Positions 53,697 through 63,105 of a stretch of DNA of 64,000 nt are shown one piece after another. The notes below the pieces were generated by a model, which had not been told where the DNA came from, ran no database searches, and saw only the letters and a list, made by a program, of their open reading frames with translations. The position numbers and the translations under genes are program-made. Every line of letters starts with the position of its first letter. Position 1 is the stretch's first letter. Source of the stretch: an uncultured Actinomycetes bacterium (GTDB taxonomy: Bacteria; Actinomycetota; Acidimicrobiia; IMCC26256; DASPTH01); assembly GCA_963756895.1 (NCBI GenBank), contig CAVWPI010000007.1, positions 281,230 through 345,229 of the forward strand, given 5' to 3'.

Positions 53697-55082
53697 TCAC
53701 TGCGGGGGCGCCAGCCACACGCAGAGGCTCACATCGCGCCGTCGTGCGCGTCGTTCGCGGCGTCGCCGACCGAGAAGAGCGACTTCTTGAAATCCTCGCG
53801 CCGCATACAGGATCAGGATCGGCATGACCACAGATCGAAACCGCTCACCCCGTCCGCCGGTGGCTTCAGGTCCCGCCGAGACCAGAAGAACGTAGGCCGC
53901 GACTCCCACGACGAAGACATGCGCGAGCAGACGTCGGCGCGCGCGGACCACCAGTACGAGGCCGTACAGGAAGAGTGCATAGAAGCAGGCGAGCAAGAGC
54001 GTGCCCGCGTCCTCGAGCGTGCCCGATGCCGGCGGCAGGCCCAGGTAGGCGAAGGTACGGGACCGGGTGCTGTCGATCTCGTCCAGCAGGCCTCGGACTG
54101 CACCTTCGGCAGCTTCCCACGGTTGTGCGGCAAGGATGTGCAGTCCTTGTCGGTACATCCGTCCGAAGTACGCGCCTTGACTTTCACCCGGGTGGCTGCC
54201 GAGCCGCATGAGCAAGCGCCGCTGCGCAGCATTGAGACTGATCCCGTCCTCGTCGGCGACGACACCTGCCCCTCGGAACAAGTCGAGGTTCTTCGCCTCG
54301 ACCGCGCTGAACCGCCATGAGTTCACCGTTTCGTGGTTTCTGAACTGCCAGCCCCCGACGATCACGATCACCGGAAGCAGGAACACCGCGATCATGCGGG
54401 CGCCGTGTCGCAGCGTCTCCCGTCGGCGCAGAGCCTGATACACCAGGAGCGCGGTGACGAACAGCGGAAGGTAGTACGTCACCGGTCGCACCATCGTCGC
54501 GGTCGCCGCCGCGATTCCCAGTAGGAACGGCCACCGCAGCTTCGGTCTCTCCTGGGTGAACATGACGAAGCCGATCGCGACGACGAGCACGAGAAGCAGC
54601 GTGTCGAGGCTCTCGCTCAGGATCGTTCCCGCGGAATACCACTGCAACGGCTCCAATGCAGTCATGCCCGCGGCGAGCAAGCCGACCGATACCGACCACA
54701 TGCGCGCACCAATGAGGTAGACGATGAGCACGGTCACGGTGCTGAGGAGGACCTGCATCAGCAACAAGGCGGCATGGCTCTGACCGAAGATCCAGTACAC
54801 GGTTGCGATGAACGCCGGATAGCCGGGCGTTCGCAGGAATTCGGCTCGGGCATCCTGCGGGCTCCGGGAGAAGTGCCCGTCCTCGAGCAATGCCAGTGCG
54901 GGCTGTTCGTAGGTCGGGGTGTCCGCTTGGGTCACGACGTGCGGGTCGGTGTCGAGCACCGCGGCGACTGCGCCCGCGCGTAGGAGGAAGCACAATCCGA
55001 GGATGACTACGAGCAGCACCCGCTGGGATCGAGCTGCGGGCCTGCGTCGCACCGACGGTGCCGCGTCACTCTGCAGTGCCAC
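53697..55082 (-). CDS. GT-C (PMT_2/ArnT-like) membrane glycosyltransferase
   Basis: DTPTY, RTPGYP, LSESL, MVRP, ERFR; multi-TM. Confidence 0.8.
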   Translation of the reverse strand: MALQSDAAPSVRRRPAARSQRVLLVVILGLCFLLRAGAVAAVLDTDPHVVTQADTPTYEQPALALLEDGHFSRSPQDARAEFLRTPGYPAFIATVYWIFGQSHAALLLMQVLLSTVTVLIVYLIGARMWSVSVGLLAAGMTALEPLQWYSAGTILSESLDTLLLVLVVAIGFVMFTQERPKLRWPFLLGIAAATATMVRPVTYYLPLFVTALLVYQALRRRETLRHGARMIAVFLLPVIVIVGGWQFRNHETVNSWRFSAVEAKNLDLFRGAGVVADEDGISLNAAQRRLLMRLGSHPGESQGAYFGRMYRQGLHILAAQPWEAAEGAVRGLLDEIDSTRSRTFAYLGLPPASGTLEDAGTLLLACFYALFLYGLVLVVRARRRLLAHVFVVGVAAYVLLVSAGPEATGGRGERFRSVVMPILILYAARGFQEVALLGRRRRERRARRRDVSLCVWLAPPQ

Positions 55083-55373
55083 CCACCCATCATGCTCCCG
55101 ATCTCCCGCATTCGCGCGTCCAGCGCACGGCTGACAGGTCAGAGCGTGCTGACGAAGATCTTGGCGATGCCGAGGATCAGGCGGTAGACGGCGAAACGGC
55201 AGGAGCGTTCACGTCCCGACCAGTGGGCGAGGGCTTGGGTCGCACCCAGACGCAGGCAGCAAGACCCGCCGCCCCCAAGTTCTCGCGCTCTTCTTGCCCG
55301 GCGTTAACCCGCCACTCGTACAGTCGGCGCCGCCGGGTGATCATCCGGCGGCGCCGATACGAACGAGGGGCGC

Positions 55374-55688
55374 GTGGCACCACAACGACCCGCGGACCGC
55401 GACAACGGCATGCGCCGAATCTCGTCGACGACGCGCTGGCTTGCCGGCTCTGGGGTTGCGCTCGTCGCTGCGTTCTCGTTGTTCTTTGCCGAGCGGGCGT
55501 CTTCGTCTTCCGGGAGCAACGCCCCGTCGGTGAACACACCGGTGGTGACCGCACCTCCGGCGACGTCACCTGCCGTGACCGATGGCGGTTCGAGGTCGGC
55601 GTCGCCAGTGCAGCCCACGCAGCCGGCGCAGACCGCGCCCCCCGTCACGTATCCGCCGCAGCGCCATACGCGCTCGGGCGGCTCGTAG
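55374..55688 (+). CDS. Membrane-anchored Pro/Ser/Thr-rich protein ending HTRSGGS
   Basis: RBS GAGGGG; single TM after TTRWLAG; low-complexity linker. Confidence 0.72.
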   Translation: MAPQRPADRDNGMRRISSTTRWLAGSGVALVAAFSLFFAERASSSSGSNAPSVNTPVVTAPPATSPAVTDGGSRSASPVQPTQPAQTAPPVTYPPQRHTRSGGS

Positions 55689-55703
55689 CCGCGTCAGGCG
55701 CTG

Positions 55704-56876
55704 GTGAATCCGGTCCTCGCGCTTTCCGGTGGCACGGTGACGTGGTACGTCGCGCGGGCGACAGGTGTCGTCACCCTCGGGTTTCTCACCACGAGCGTGC
55801 TACTCGGGATCCTGACGTCGTTCCGTTGGAGCAGTCCCGCCTGGCCGCGCTTCGTCGTCGAGTTCGTGCACCGCAATGTCTCGCTGCTGGTACTCGTCTT
55901 CCTGGCCATCCACGTGGTGTCGGTCGTCGTCGATTCGTTTGCGCCGATTCGTTGGATCGACGTGGTGATCCCCTTCGTGTCTGCGTACCGGCCGTTCTGG
56001 CTTGGCCTCGGCGCTGTCGCCTTCGACCTGCTGATCGCGTTGGTGGTGACCAGCCTCGTGCGTCACCGGATCGGCTTCGCGACTTGGCGATTTGTGCATT
56101 GGCTTGCGTACGCGTGCTGGCCGGTCGCGGTGTTGCACGGTCTCGGGACCGGCTCCGACACGACGACGGGGCTGGTGCTGGCGTTCACGGCAGTGTGCGT
56201 CGTCGCGGTGCTGGTTGTCGCCGGACTGCGCGTCGGTGCCGGCCTGGCGTCGCGCCCGGGCGGGCGCGCGCTCGGTTTCGCCGCGGTGACGGTCGCCCCA
56301 GTGCTGCTCGTCATCTGGTTGTTCTCGGGTCCGCTTGCCGATGGGTGGGCCCGCAAGGCCGGGACGCCTGACAGCGTCCTCGCCGCGGTGTCGGGCACCA
56401 CGGGTTCGGGCACGGCTGGGGCGGGTGCGGCGCCGAGCTCCGGGAGCAAGGCCACGCCGACGCAAACCGCCACGTTCGCGACGGTCGGGTTTGCTGCCAC
56501 TGCTCAGGGCACGCTGCACGAGCGTGCGGCCGACGCGAAGGGGCAAGTGGTGCTGAGTCTCGCCGGCACTCTGTCGAACGGTGCGACCGGCAGCGTCGAC
56601 GTCGAGCTCACCGGCACCCCTCTTTCCGATGGCGGCGTGTCGATGCACTCGGGCACGGTCACCCTTTCCGACGGCACCAACTCGTATCGAGGTGCCGTGG
56701 TCGGTCTGGGCTCGGCGCAGGTGATCGCCGACATGCCAGGCCCAGGCGGGGCGTCGTGGCGGGTGAACATCGACTTCACGCAGCTCGATCAGCAACGCGG
56801 CGTGATGACCGCTGCCGTACACGTCGGTCAGAGTGCTCGAATCCCGCCTGGCGACGACGACGATGGCGGCGAGTGA
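55704..56876 (+). CDS. Ferric-reductase/MsrQ-like cytochrome b with a C-terminal extracytoplasmic extension
   Basis: WYVARATG; four His (VHR, IHV, VHW, LHG); extra TM, linker and beta-rich domain. Confidence 0.82.
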   Translation: MNPVLALSGGTVTWYVARATGVVTLGFLTTSVLLGILTSFRWSSPAWPRFVVEFVHRNVSLLVLVFLAIHVVSVVVDSFAPIRWIDVVIPFVSAYRPFWLGLGAVAFDLLIALVVTSLVRHRIGFATWRFVHWLAYACWPVAVLHGLGTGSDTTTGLVLAFTAVCVVAVLVVAGLRVGAGLASRPGGRALGFAAVTVAPVLLVIWLFSGPLADGWARKAGTPDSVLAAVSGTTGSGTAGAGAAPSSGSKATPTQTATFATVGFAATAQGTLHERAADAKGQVVLSLAGTLSNGATGSVDVELTGTPLSDGGVSMHSGTVTLSDGTNSYRGAVVGLGSAQVIADMPGPGGASWRVNIDFTQLDQQRGVMTAAVHVGQSARIPPGDDDDGGE

Positions 56877-58164
56877 TGAGCACCGATGCGCCCGCGGGTC
56901 TGCCACGCCTGCTCGCCGCACCACCGCGCGATCACCACGACCACGTCGCGCGCTACGGTCCGCTCCCCGAGCTCCGTCGACACACAGAGCGCGCCGAGTT
57001 CGTCGCCATCGTCGAGCGCAGCGGCCTGCGCGGCCGTGGCGGTGGTGGCTTCCCGACCGGCCGCAAGCTGCGCGCCGTCGCCGACCGCAGGCGCCATCCC
57101 ATCGTGGTGGCCAACGGCGCCGAGGGCGAGCCCGCGAGCCGCAAGGACCCGCGTTGTTGCAGCGCGCGCCGCACCTGGTGATCGACGGCGCTGCCGTCGC
57201 GGCCCGGGCGGTCGGCGCCGAGGAGATCCATTTCGTCGTCGACCGGGGCGATGGCGCCGGCCGCGATGCGCTCGAAGCCGCGCTCGCGGTCCCGGGTCGG
57301 GGAGATGCCACGTCCCGGACGCTTGGCGTGTCGCCGTCGTGCCGAGCCGCTACGTGGCCGGCGAGGAGAGCGCGGTCGTCAACTTCCTCAACGGCGGCGA
57401 CGCCAAGCCGGTCTCGGTGCCGCCGCGCCCTTACCAGCGGGGAGTGCGCGGCCGGCCCACCCTGGTGCAGAACGTCGAAACGCTGGCCAACCTCGCGCTC
57501 GTCGCTCGCTTCGGGGCCGAGTGGTACGGGTCGGTCGGCACCACCGACGAGCCCGGGTCCGTCCTCACCACCACGGTGGGTGCCGTCGCCCGTCCCGGCG
57601 TGTACGAGTTCGCGCTCGGCACGCCGTTCACCCGGGTGATCGAGTCGGCCGGCGGGCCCACCGAACCGCTCGGCGCGGTTGCTCGTCGGCGGCTACTTCG
57701 GCACCTGGCTCGGCCTCGAAGCCGCCGAGAGGCTCGTGCTGGCACACGGGGTGCTGCGCCAGGCCGGCGCGACGCTCGGATGCGGCGTCGTGGCCGCGCT
57801 CCCGATGCTGAGCTGCGGTGTCGTCGAGACGGCACGCGTCGCCCGCTACCTCGCTTCTGAAACCGCGGGCCAATGCGGACCCTGCGTGCACGGACTCGGC
57901 GCCATCGCGTCCGCCCTCGAAGCTCTCGCCGTTGCACGGGCGCCGCGGGGAACCGTCGCCACCGTCGAACGCTGGCTCGGCGACGTCGCCGGGCGCGGTG
58001 CGTGCCACATGCCCGACGCAGTCGTAGGGTTCGTGCGCTCGTCGCTCGCAGTGTTCGCGGACGACTACCTCCTGCACGAACGCAAGGGGCCGTGCGCGGC
58101 GACGGCCCACGCTCCGGTGCTCCCGCTGCCCGACTCGGCAACGCGCGATGGGAGCTGGCGATGA
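56876..58164 (+). CDS. Stand-alone NuoF-like NADH:FMN/[4Fe-4S] protein; about three frameshifts
   Basis: GLRGRGGGGFPTG, NGAEGEP, YVAGEESA, NVETLA, GQCGPC...C across frames. Confidence 0.85.
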
Positions 58165-58370
58165 GCAAGCGACTCGCAGTCGACATGATCAGGTGCGACG
58201 GCCACGGCATCTGCGCCGAGCTCTTCCCCGAGTGGGTGCGGCTGGACGACTGGGGCTACCCGATCATCGACGGGCACGACATCACCCCGGCGCTGCTCGC
58301 CCATGCCCGCCGGGCGGTGACCGCGTGCCCGTCGCTGGCGCTGCGGCTCGAAAAGGGGAACGGAGCATGA
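58161..58370 (+). CDS. Ferredoxin
   Basis: CDGHGIC...DDWGYP...CPSLAL; ATGA overlap. Confidence 0.9.
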   Translation: MSKRLAVDMIRCDGHGICAELFPEWVRLDDWGYPIIDGHDITPALLAHARRAVTACPSLALRLEKGNGA

Positions 58371-58825
58371 GGGGCAAGCAGCAGGCGACGTTCGAGCGCG
58401 AGCTTGCGGCGTCGACGCTGTTCGCCGCGCTCTCGCCCGAGCAGATCCACAACCTCGCCCGTACCGCCACACGCGTGCACGAACCAAAGGGCATGGTGTT
58501 CTCGAAAGAGGGCGAACGCGGCGATGAGATCGCCGTGCTGCTCGAGGGCGCGGTCGAGATCCGGCACGGCGACGCGGTGCTCGCGCAGCTCGGTCCGGGC
58601 GAGCACTTCGGCGAGATGGCTTTGCTCGACGACACCGCCCGCCGTTCGGCGACGGTGGTCGCGATCACGCCGGTAGTCGTCGCCTACCTGTCACGCCACC
58701 ACTTCGACACGCTGCTGGCCACGACTCCCTCGATCCGCGCCGCGGTCGAGCGCGTGTTGCACGAGCGGTCCGCGGTCCCGGAAGCGCCATCGCGCCGGTA
58801 CGCGCCCAAGGAAACGACCTGCTGA
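58367..58825 (+). CDS. Stand-alone cyclic-nucleotide-binding protein
   Basis: EGERGD, LGPGEHFGEMALL, RSATVVA; ATGA overlap. Confidence 0.88.
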   Translation: MRGKQQATFERELAASTLFAALSPEQIHNLARTATRVHEPKGMVFSKEGERGDEIAVLLEGAVEIRHGDAVLAQLGPGEHFGEMALLDDTARRSATVVAITPVVVAYLSRHHFDTLLATTPSIRAAVERVLHERSAVPEAPSRRYAPKETTC

Positions 58826-59286
58826 CGCTCCGCGACGAACGCCACGCACGCCGGCCCGATCGGGCAATGAAGTGGTCGGCGGGTTCCGGCAACAGACCGC
58901 TCGACGCCCGACCGCAGATCAGGGACGCTCGCGATCGCCCCGAAGTCGGACACCGTTGTCGATTCGGGTTCGGAGAAGGAACCAAGACCGCCGGGATGTG
59001 GACCAGGAAGAGCGTGGAGCGTGCGTCTGGCGTACCCTCGAGCGCCGGCGATCCAGGTGTGTCGGAGGGGGACTCGTCGCTCATTCTGCGCGCTCCTGCT
59101 CACGACAGCTCCAATCACTGTATGAGAGACTCGACTGATCTCCCGGCGGTCACCTTCGGCTCCGGGCAGCCTCTCGGTGTCGCAGAGCTGACGACACTGA
59201 CCGAACGCGGGTGCTGGAGCGCACAGCCTGCGCGCTGCCTCAACCCCTTCACGCTCACTGCAGTGCGACCACATTCCCCGTGGGGG

Positions 59287-59850
59287 TCAGTTGGGAGCGC
59301 CCGAGTCATCAGCGCCGGCCCTGGCGGCGCGGCGCGGCGACCAAACGCGTACAAGCGTCATCGTGAGGACGACGGCTGCACTGATCAAGCAGGCCCACTG
59401 GAAGAGTGAGTTGTGGCGGTCGGTTCCTGCTGTGAGACCGTGCACGGTTGCGACGACGAAGACGATGTAGCTGGTGAGGTGAACGGCATGCCAGCGGTGT
59501 CGCGGAATGCGCCGCATCATGAGCGACGTGATCTCGACGGCAAGGAGCAGGTACATCGCGATGACGCCGAGGGCCACCGCCGCGGGCTTGTAGCTCGATG
59601 CGAACGGGAGGAGGAAGTCGGCCGGTCCGAAGCCGATGAACTGGTCGAGCGCGAGGCCGAGGAGGTGAACACCGAGGAACACCACTGCCAGTCCTGCGAC
59701 GAAGCGGTGAACGTCGAGGGTCCACGCGGGAGCGGGCTTGCGTAGCAGTCGAGTCGAGAGTTGCAGCCCGCCCACGACTGCGAGGGTGGCCAGCGCCCAT
59801 GAGACGATCCCGCCCGCGCGGGCCATGTACCACCATGTGTGTGAGCGCAT
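59287..59850 (-). CDS. Second ferric-reductase/MsrQ-like cytochrome b (TM only)
   Basis: WWYMARAGG; four His (VHR, VHL, VHL, VHG); AGTD. Confidence 0.85.
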   Translation of the reverse strand: MRSHTWWYMARAGGIVSWALATLAVVGGLQLSTRLLRKPAPAWTLDVHRFVAGLAVVFLGVHLLGLALDQFIGFGPADFLLPFASSYKPAAVALGVIAMYLLLAVEITSLMMRRIPRHRWHAVHLTSYIVFVVATVHGLTAGTDRHNSLFQWACLISAAVVLTMTLVRVWSPRRAARAGADDSGAPN

Positions 59851-59875
59851 CTGACTCGAGCCTAAGGGGCCCGGC

Positions 59876-60307
59876 TCAGCTGCCGCGGGTGGTCGTGTGC
59901 GCGACCTGCGGTGTCGTCGAACGAGTCGTTGCTTTCTGCGCCGCCGACGACGCTGGCGTTGCCGCGGTCGCCGGCTGCGCTGCGGGCCTCGCAGTGACCG
60001 CCGTGCCCGTGGGCTGCGCCGCGGGCATGTTGCCCTGGTTCGCCACCGCGACCGTTCCACCGATCGCGAGGAACGACGCAACACTCAGCCCGCCGAGGAG
60101 CCACCGCGTCGCGGCGGCAGGGTGCCGACGGCGAGCCCGCTTCGGGGGCAGCCCGGGTTTCGACGACGTCTGCACCGGCGCGGGCGAGTCACAATTTGCG
60201 TTTGCGGTGGGCGCAGCCGCGCGCTTCGCCGTCTGCGCCGACGCGGCGCGGCGCTCCTGCAGCCGACGGATGCGCTCCGCGCGTTCGAGGTCGTTGGGGT
60301 CAGTCAT
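59876..60307 (-). CDS. Membrane-anchored Ala/Thr/Pro-rich protein ending HTTTRGS
   Basis: RRRHPAAATRW followed by one TM and a low-complexity linker. Confidence 0.75.
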   Translation of the reverse strand: MTDPNDLERAERIRRLQERRAASAQTAKRAAAPTANANCDSPAPVQTSSKPGLPPKRARRRHPAAATRWLLGGLSVASFLAIGGTVAVANQGNMPAAQPTGTAVTARPAAQPATAATPASSAAQKATTRSTTPQVAHTTTRGS

Positions 60308-60614
60308 CGTGTGCTCCGCTGCGTGCGTTCGATCGGACGGTCGGGTTCGTGGTCGCTCGGGCCGAAGGGCGCCCGGTGTCGTCGTGCTCCCTCGCAGTGA
60401 CGTGCGGGTCGGCGACGTTCGCCGTGGTCGTCGGCTGGTTCTGGTTCGCGGCCGGCGCCGGGACGGTCACGGCTGCGGGGCTCGTGCGCGCTGTGGGCGC
60501 GACCGCGGCCGACCCGAACCCGAGGGCGCCCAGGTGAGCGCCGACGAACACCACGCCCGAGAGCAGGCTCATCGAGATGGCGGATGCCGCGGCCACTGCG
60601 GTTCGTCGCTGCAT
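60300..60614 (-). CDS. Small exported Ala/Thr-rich protein with repeated HDD tail
   Basis: RBS AAGGAGG; signal-like N-terminus; EHDD and AHDD. Confidence 0.65.
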   Translation of the reverse strand: MQRRTAVAAASAISMSLLSGVVFVGAHLGALGFGSAAVAPTARTSPAAVTVPAPAANQNQPTTTANVADPHVTAREHDDTGRPSARATTNPTVRSNARSGAHDD

Positions 60615-60677
60615 CGTTCCTCCTTCGGCGGCTGGCTCGGCCGAGCCCGGTTGCTGTTGTGCACAGACAACGCCGCG

Positions 60678-60721
60678 CCCATGAAGGCCCCCGAGCGGCG
60701 CCCGTGAAGCTCCCGTGAAGG
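60678..60721. promoter_or_regulatory. OmpR-type direct repeats in a divergent promoter
   Basis: CCC(A/G)TGAAG at 60678, 60701, 60712. Confidence 0.6.
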
Positions 60722-60780
60722 CTCGGCCCCGGGAGTCCAGACTCCGTTCCTCGCCCGGCACGCACTCCTACGCTTCGACC

Positions 60781-61473
60781 ATGCCCAAGCGCGTGCTCGT
60801 CGTCGACGACGAAGATCGGATTCGTTCCGTCGTGCGGGGTTACCTGGAGAACGACGGGTACGAGGTCGCCGAGGCGAGCGACGGCGAAGCGGCCATCCGG
60901 GTCGAGCAGGATTGGCATCCCGATCTCGTGGTCCTCGACGTGATGATGCCTGGAGTCGACGGGCTCGAGGTGCTCCGTCGACTCCGCACCCGGTCGGAGG
61001 TGCCGGTGATTCTGCTCACGGCGCGCTCGGAGGAGGTTGACAAGCTCGTGGGCCTGGCGGTTGGCGCCGACGACTACGTCACGAAGCCCTTCAGCCCCCG
61101 CGAGCTCGTTGCCCGCGTCAAGACCGTGCTGCGGCGTCGGGTGGGGCAGGTGGCCGAGACCTCGGAGCGGCTCGAGTTCCCGCGGCTCGTGATCGACGTC
61201 GGCGCCCGCGAGGTCCGTCGCAACGGTGAGTCCGTCGAGCTGAGCGCGCTCGAGTTCGATCTCCTGGTCGCGCTCGCTCGCACTCCCGGTCGTGTGCAGA
61301 CGCGCAGCCAGTTGCTCGAGAGGGTATGGGGATACGACTTCTTCGGCGACGAGCGCGTCGTCGACGTCCACATCCGCAGCATTCGTAAGTCCCTCGGTGA
61401 CAACGCGGAGGCACCCGAAATCATCGGCACGGTGCGCGGTGTCGGGTACAAGTTCGTGGCTTCGAGACCGTGA
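60781..61473 (+). CDS. OmpR-family response regulator
   Basis: VVDDE, LDVMMP, DYVTKPF, TVRGVGY. Confidence 0.93.
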   Translation: MPKRVLVVDDEDRIRSVVRGYLENDGYEVAEASDGEAAIRVEQDWHPDLVVLDVMMPGVDGLEVLRRLRTRSEVPVILLTARSEEVDKLVGLAVGADDYVTKPFSPRELVARVKTVLRRRVGQVAETSERLEFPRLVIDVGAREVRRNGESVELSALEFDLLVALARTPGRVQTRSQLLERVWGYDFFGDERVVDVHIRSIRKSLGDNAEAPEIIGTVRGVGYKFVASRP

Positions 61474-62912
61474 GGCGTCTGTGGCGTCGCCTCGACGTGC
61501 GTCTGTTCGCCTCCTACGCGCTGGTCGCGTTGGTCGTGATCGGTGCGCTCTGGGTCACCGTGAGCCTCGTCGCGCCGGCGCAGTTCGACGACGAGTTTCG
61601 GGCCACCGCGACCTCACACGAGGGAGCGGAGGAGCGTGAGGCCGAGGGGCATTCCGTCTTCGTCAGCGCCCTCCGGTCGTCGCTGCCATACGCGCTGGCC
61701 GCGAGCTTCGCCGCCGCCGCCATCGTGTCGGTGCTCGTGGCGCGCAAGATCCTCCGTCCGGTGCGACAGGTGCGCAGAGCGACGCGTCGGCTCGCAGCCG
61801 GCCATTACGACGAACCGATAGAGGAGCCCGCGGAGCTGGAGCTCGCTGAGCTCGCGCGTGACGTGAACCTGCTCGCAGTGCAGCTGCAGACCATCGAACG
61901 GCGCCGGGCTCGCCTGATCGGCGAGGTCGCGCACGAGCTGCGTACACCGCTCACCACCATCGAGGGCCTCGTCGAAGGGATGCTCGACGAGGTGTTCGAG
62001 CCGAACGAAGAGGTGTTGACCTCACTGGCCGAGGAGGCCACGCGACTCCAGCGCCTGGCTTCCGATCTCTCAGAGTTGTCGCGGGCGGAAGAGGGCGCGA
62101 TCGTGCTCGACCTCGAATCGGTTGATCTGGGTGAGCTCGCGGAGGCGTGCGCGAACCGCCTCCGACCCCAGTACGAGGACAAGCACGTCGAGCTCGAGGT
62201 CCGGGCGTACCCGTCGCTCCCGGTCCGAGTCGACCCGGATCGGATCATGCAGGTGCTGACCAACCTGTGCGGAAACGCACTCACCTACACGCCGGCGCGC
62301 GGTCGCGTCGTCGTGACCGCGAGCCGTGACGGTGACATCGCGCGCGTCGCGGTGGCCGATACCGGCGTCGGCCTCGGAGCGGGGGACCTCGAGCTCGTCT
62401 TCGACCGCTTCTATCGGGTTCCCGGGCCCGCCCGGCCAACGGGCGGAAGCGGGATCGGTTTGACGATCGCGCGCGGACTGGCCCACGCACACCACGGCGA
62501 CGTGCGCGCGTCCTCGCCGGGTCCGGGCCGTGGGTCGACCTTCACGCTGTCGCTCCCCACCGCCTCAGCCAACGACGCCGCGCTGAGCTTCACGGGGCCT
62601 TCGGGCGACGTGCTTCACGTCGAGGACAAGGACGAACACCCGGATTTGACTACACAGGTGCACGGGTGGGTTCCTCGCGAGAGTCCCTCAGGTCGCCCTC
62701 GATCGGGGGCTCGCGCACGCGACCGACGCGGGCGTGGCCGACCGGATCGTGTGGGCGCGCCACGACTTCTCGCGCTCGATCCCCGAGGGCCCGTTCGACC
62801 TGGTGTCCGCGCACTTCCTGCACTCGCCCGTCGACGACCCCCGCGATCCGGCCCTGCGGGCGGCCGCCGGCGCCGTCGCGCCGGACGGCACCCTGCTCGT
62901 GGTGAGCCATGA
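61470..62912 (+). CDS. BaeS-like HAMP histidine kinase; ORF reads through into repeat copy 2
   Basis: HELRTPL, NLCGNA, DTGVG, GSGIGL; domain ends near 62560 (FTLSLP). Confidence 0.88.
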   Translation: MRRLWRRLDVRLFASYALVALVVIGALWVTVSLVAPAQFDDEFRATATSHEGAEEREAEGHSVFVSALRSSLPYALAASFAAAAIVSVLVARKILRPVRQVRRATRRLAAGHYDEPIEEPAELELAELARDVNLLAVQLQTIERRRARLIGEVAHELRTPLTTIEGLVEGMLDEVFEPNEEVLTSLAEEATRLQRLASDLSELSRAEEGAIVLDLESVDLGELAEACANRLRPQYEDKHVELEVRAYPSLPVRVDPDRIMQVLTNLCGNALTYTPARGRVVVTASRDGDIARVAVADTGVGLGAGDLELVFDRFYRVPGPARPTGGSGIGLTIARGLAHAHHGDVRASSPGPGRGSTFTLSLPTASANDAALSFTGPSGDVLHVEDKDEHPDLTTQVHGWVPRESPSGRPRSGARARDRRGRGRPDRVGAPRLLALDPRGPVRPGVRALPALARRRPPRSGPAGGRRRRRAGRHPARGEP

Positions 62913-63105
62913 AGCCGTGCCGTGGCACCAGCACGTGGAGTTCCCCACCGCCACCGAGGTCCTCGACGCACTGGACATCGACCGCGACGAGTGGACGGTC
63001 GAACGGCTCGGGTCACGAGGTCGACGAGCGAAGACGCCCGACGGCGTCGAAGTCGACGTGACCGACAGCGTGGTACGACTCCGGCGTTCCCGATCGGCGC
63101 CTTGA
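62701..63105 (+). pseudogene. 5'-truncated duplicate of the 51719 methyltransferase
   Basis: Same C-terminal sequence; SAM motif I absent. Confidence 0.85.

Larger units (their letters stand above)
52631..62700. mobile_element. 10-kb block bounded by long direct repeats (putative genomic island, no integrase)
   Basis: Flanking repeats, gene remnant at the left edge, kinase read-through at the right edge. Confidence 0.6.

Noticed and set aside
56876-58164. Part of a respiratory complex I (nuo) operon
   Set aside because: No other nuo subunits are nearby, so no nuoF symbol was assigned.
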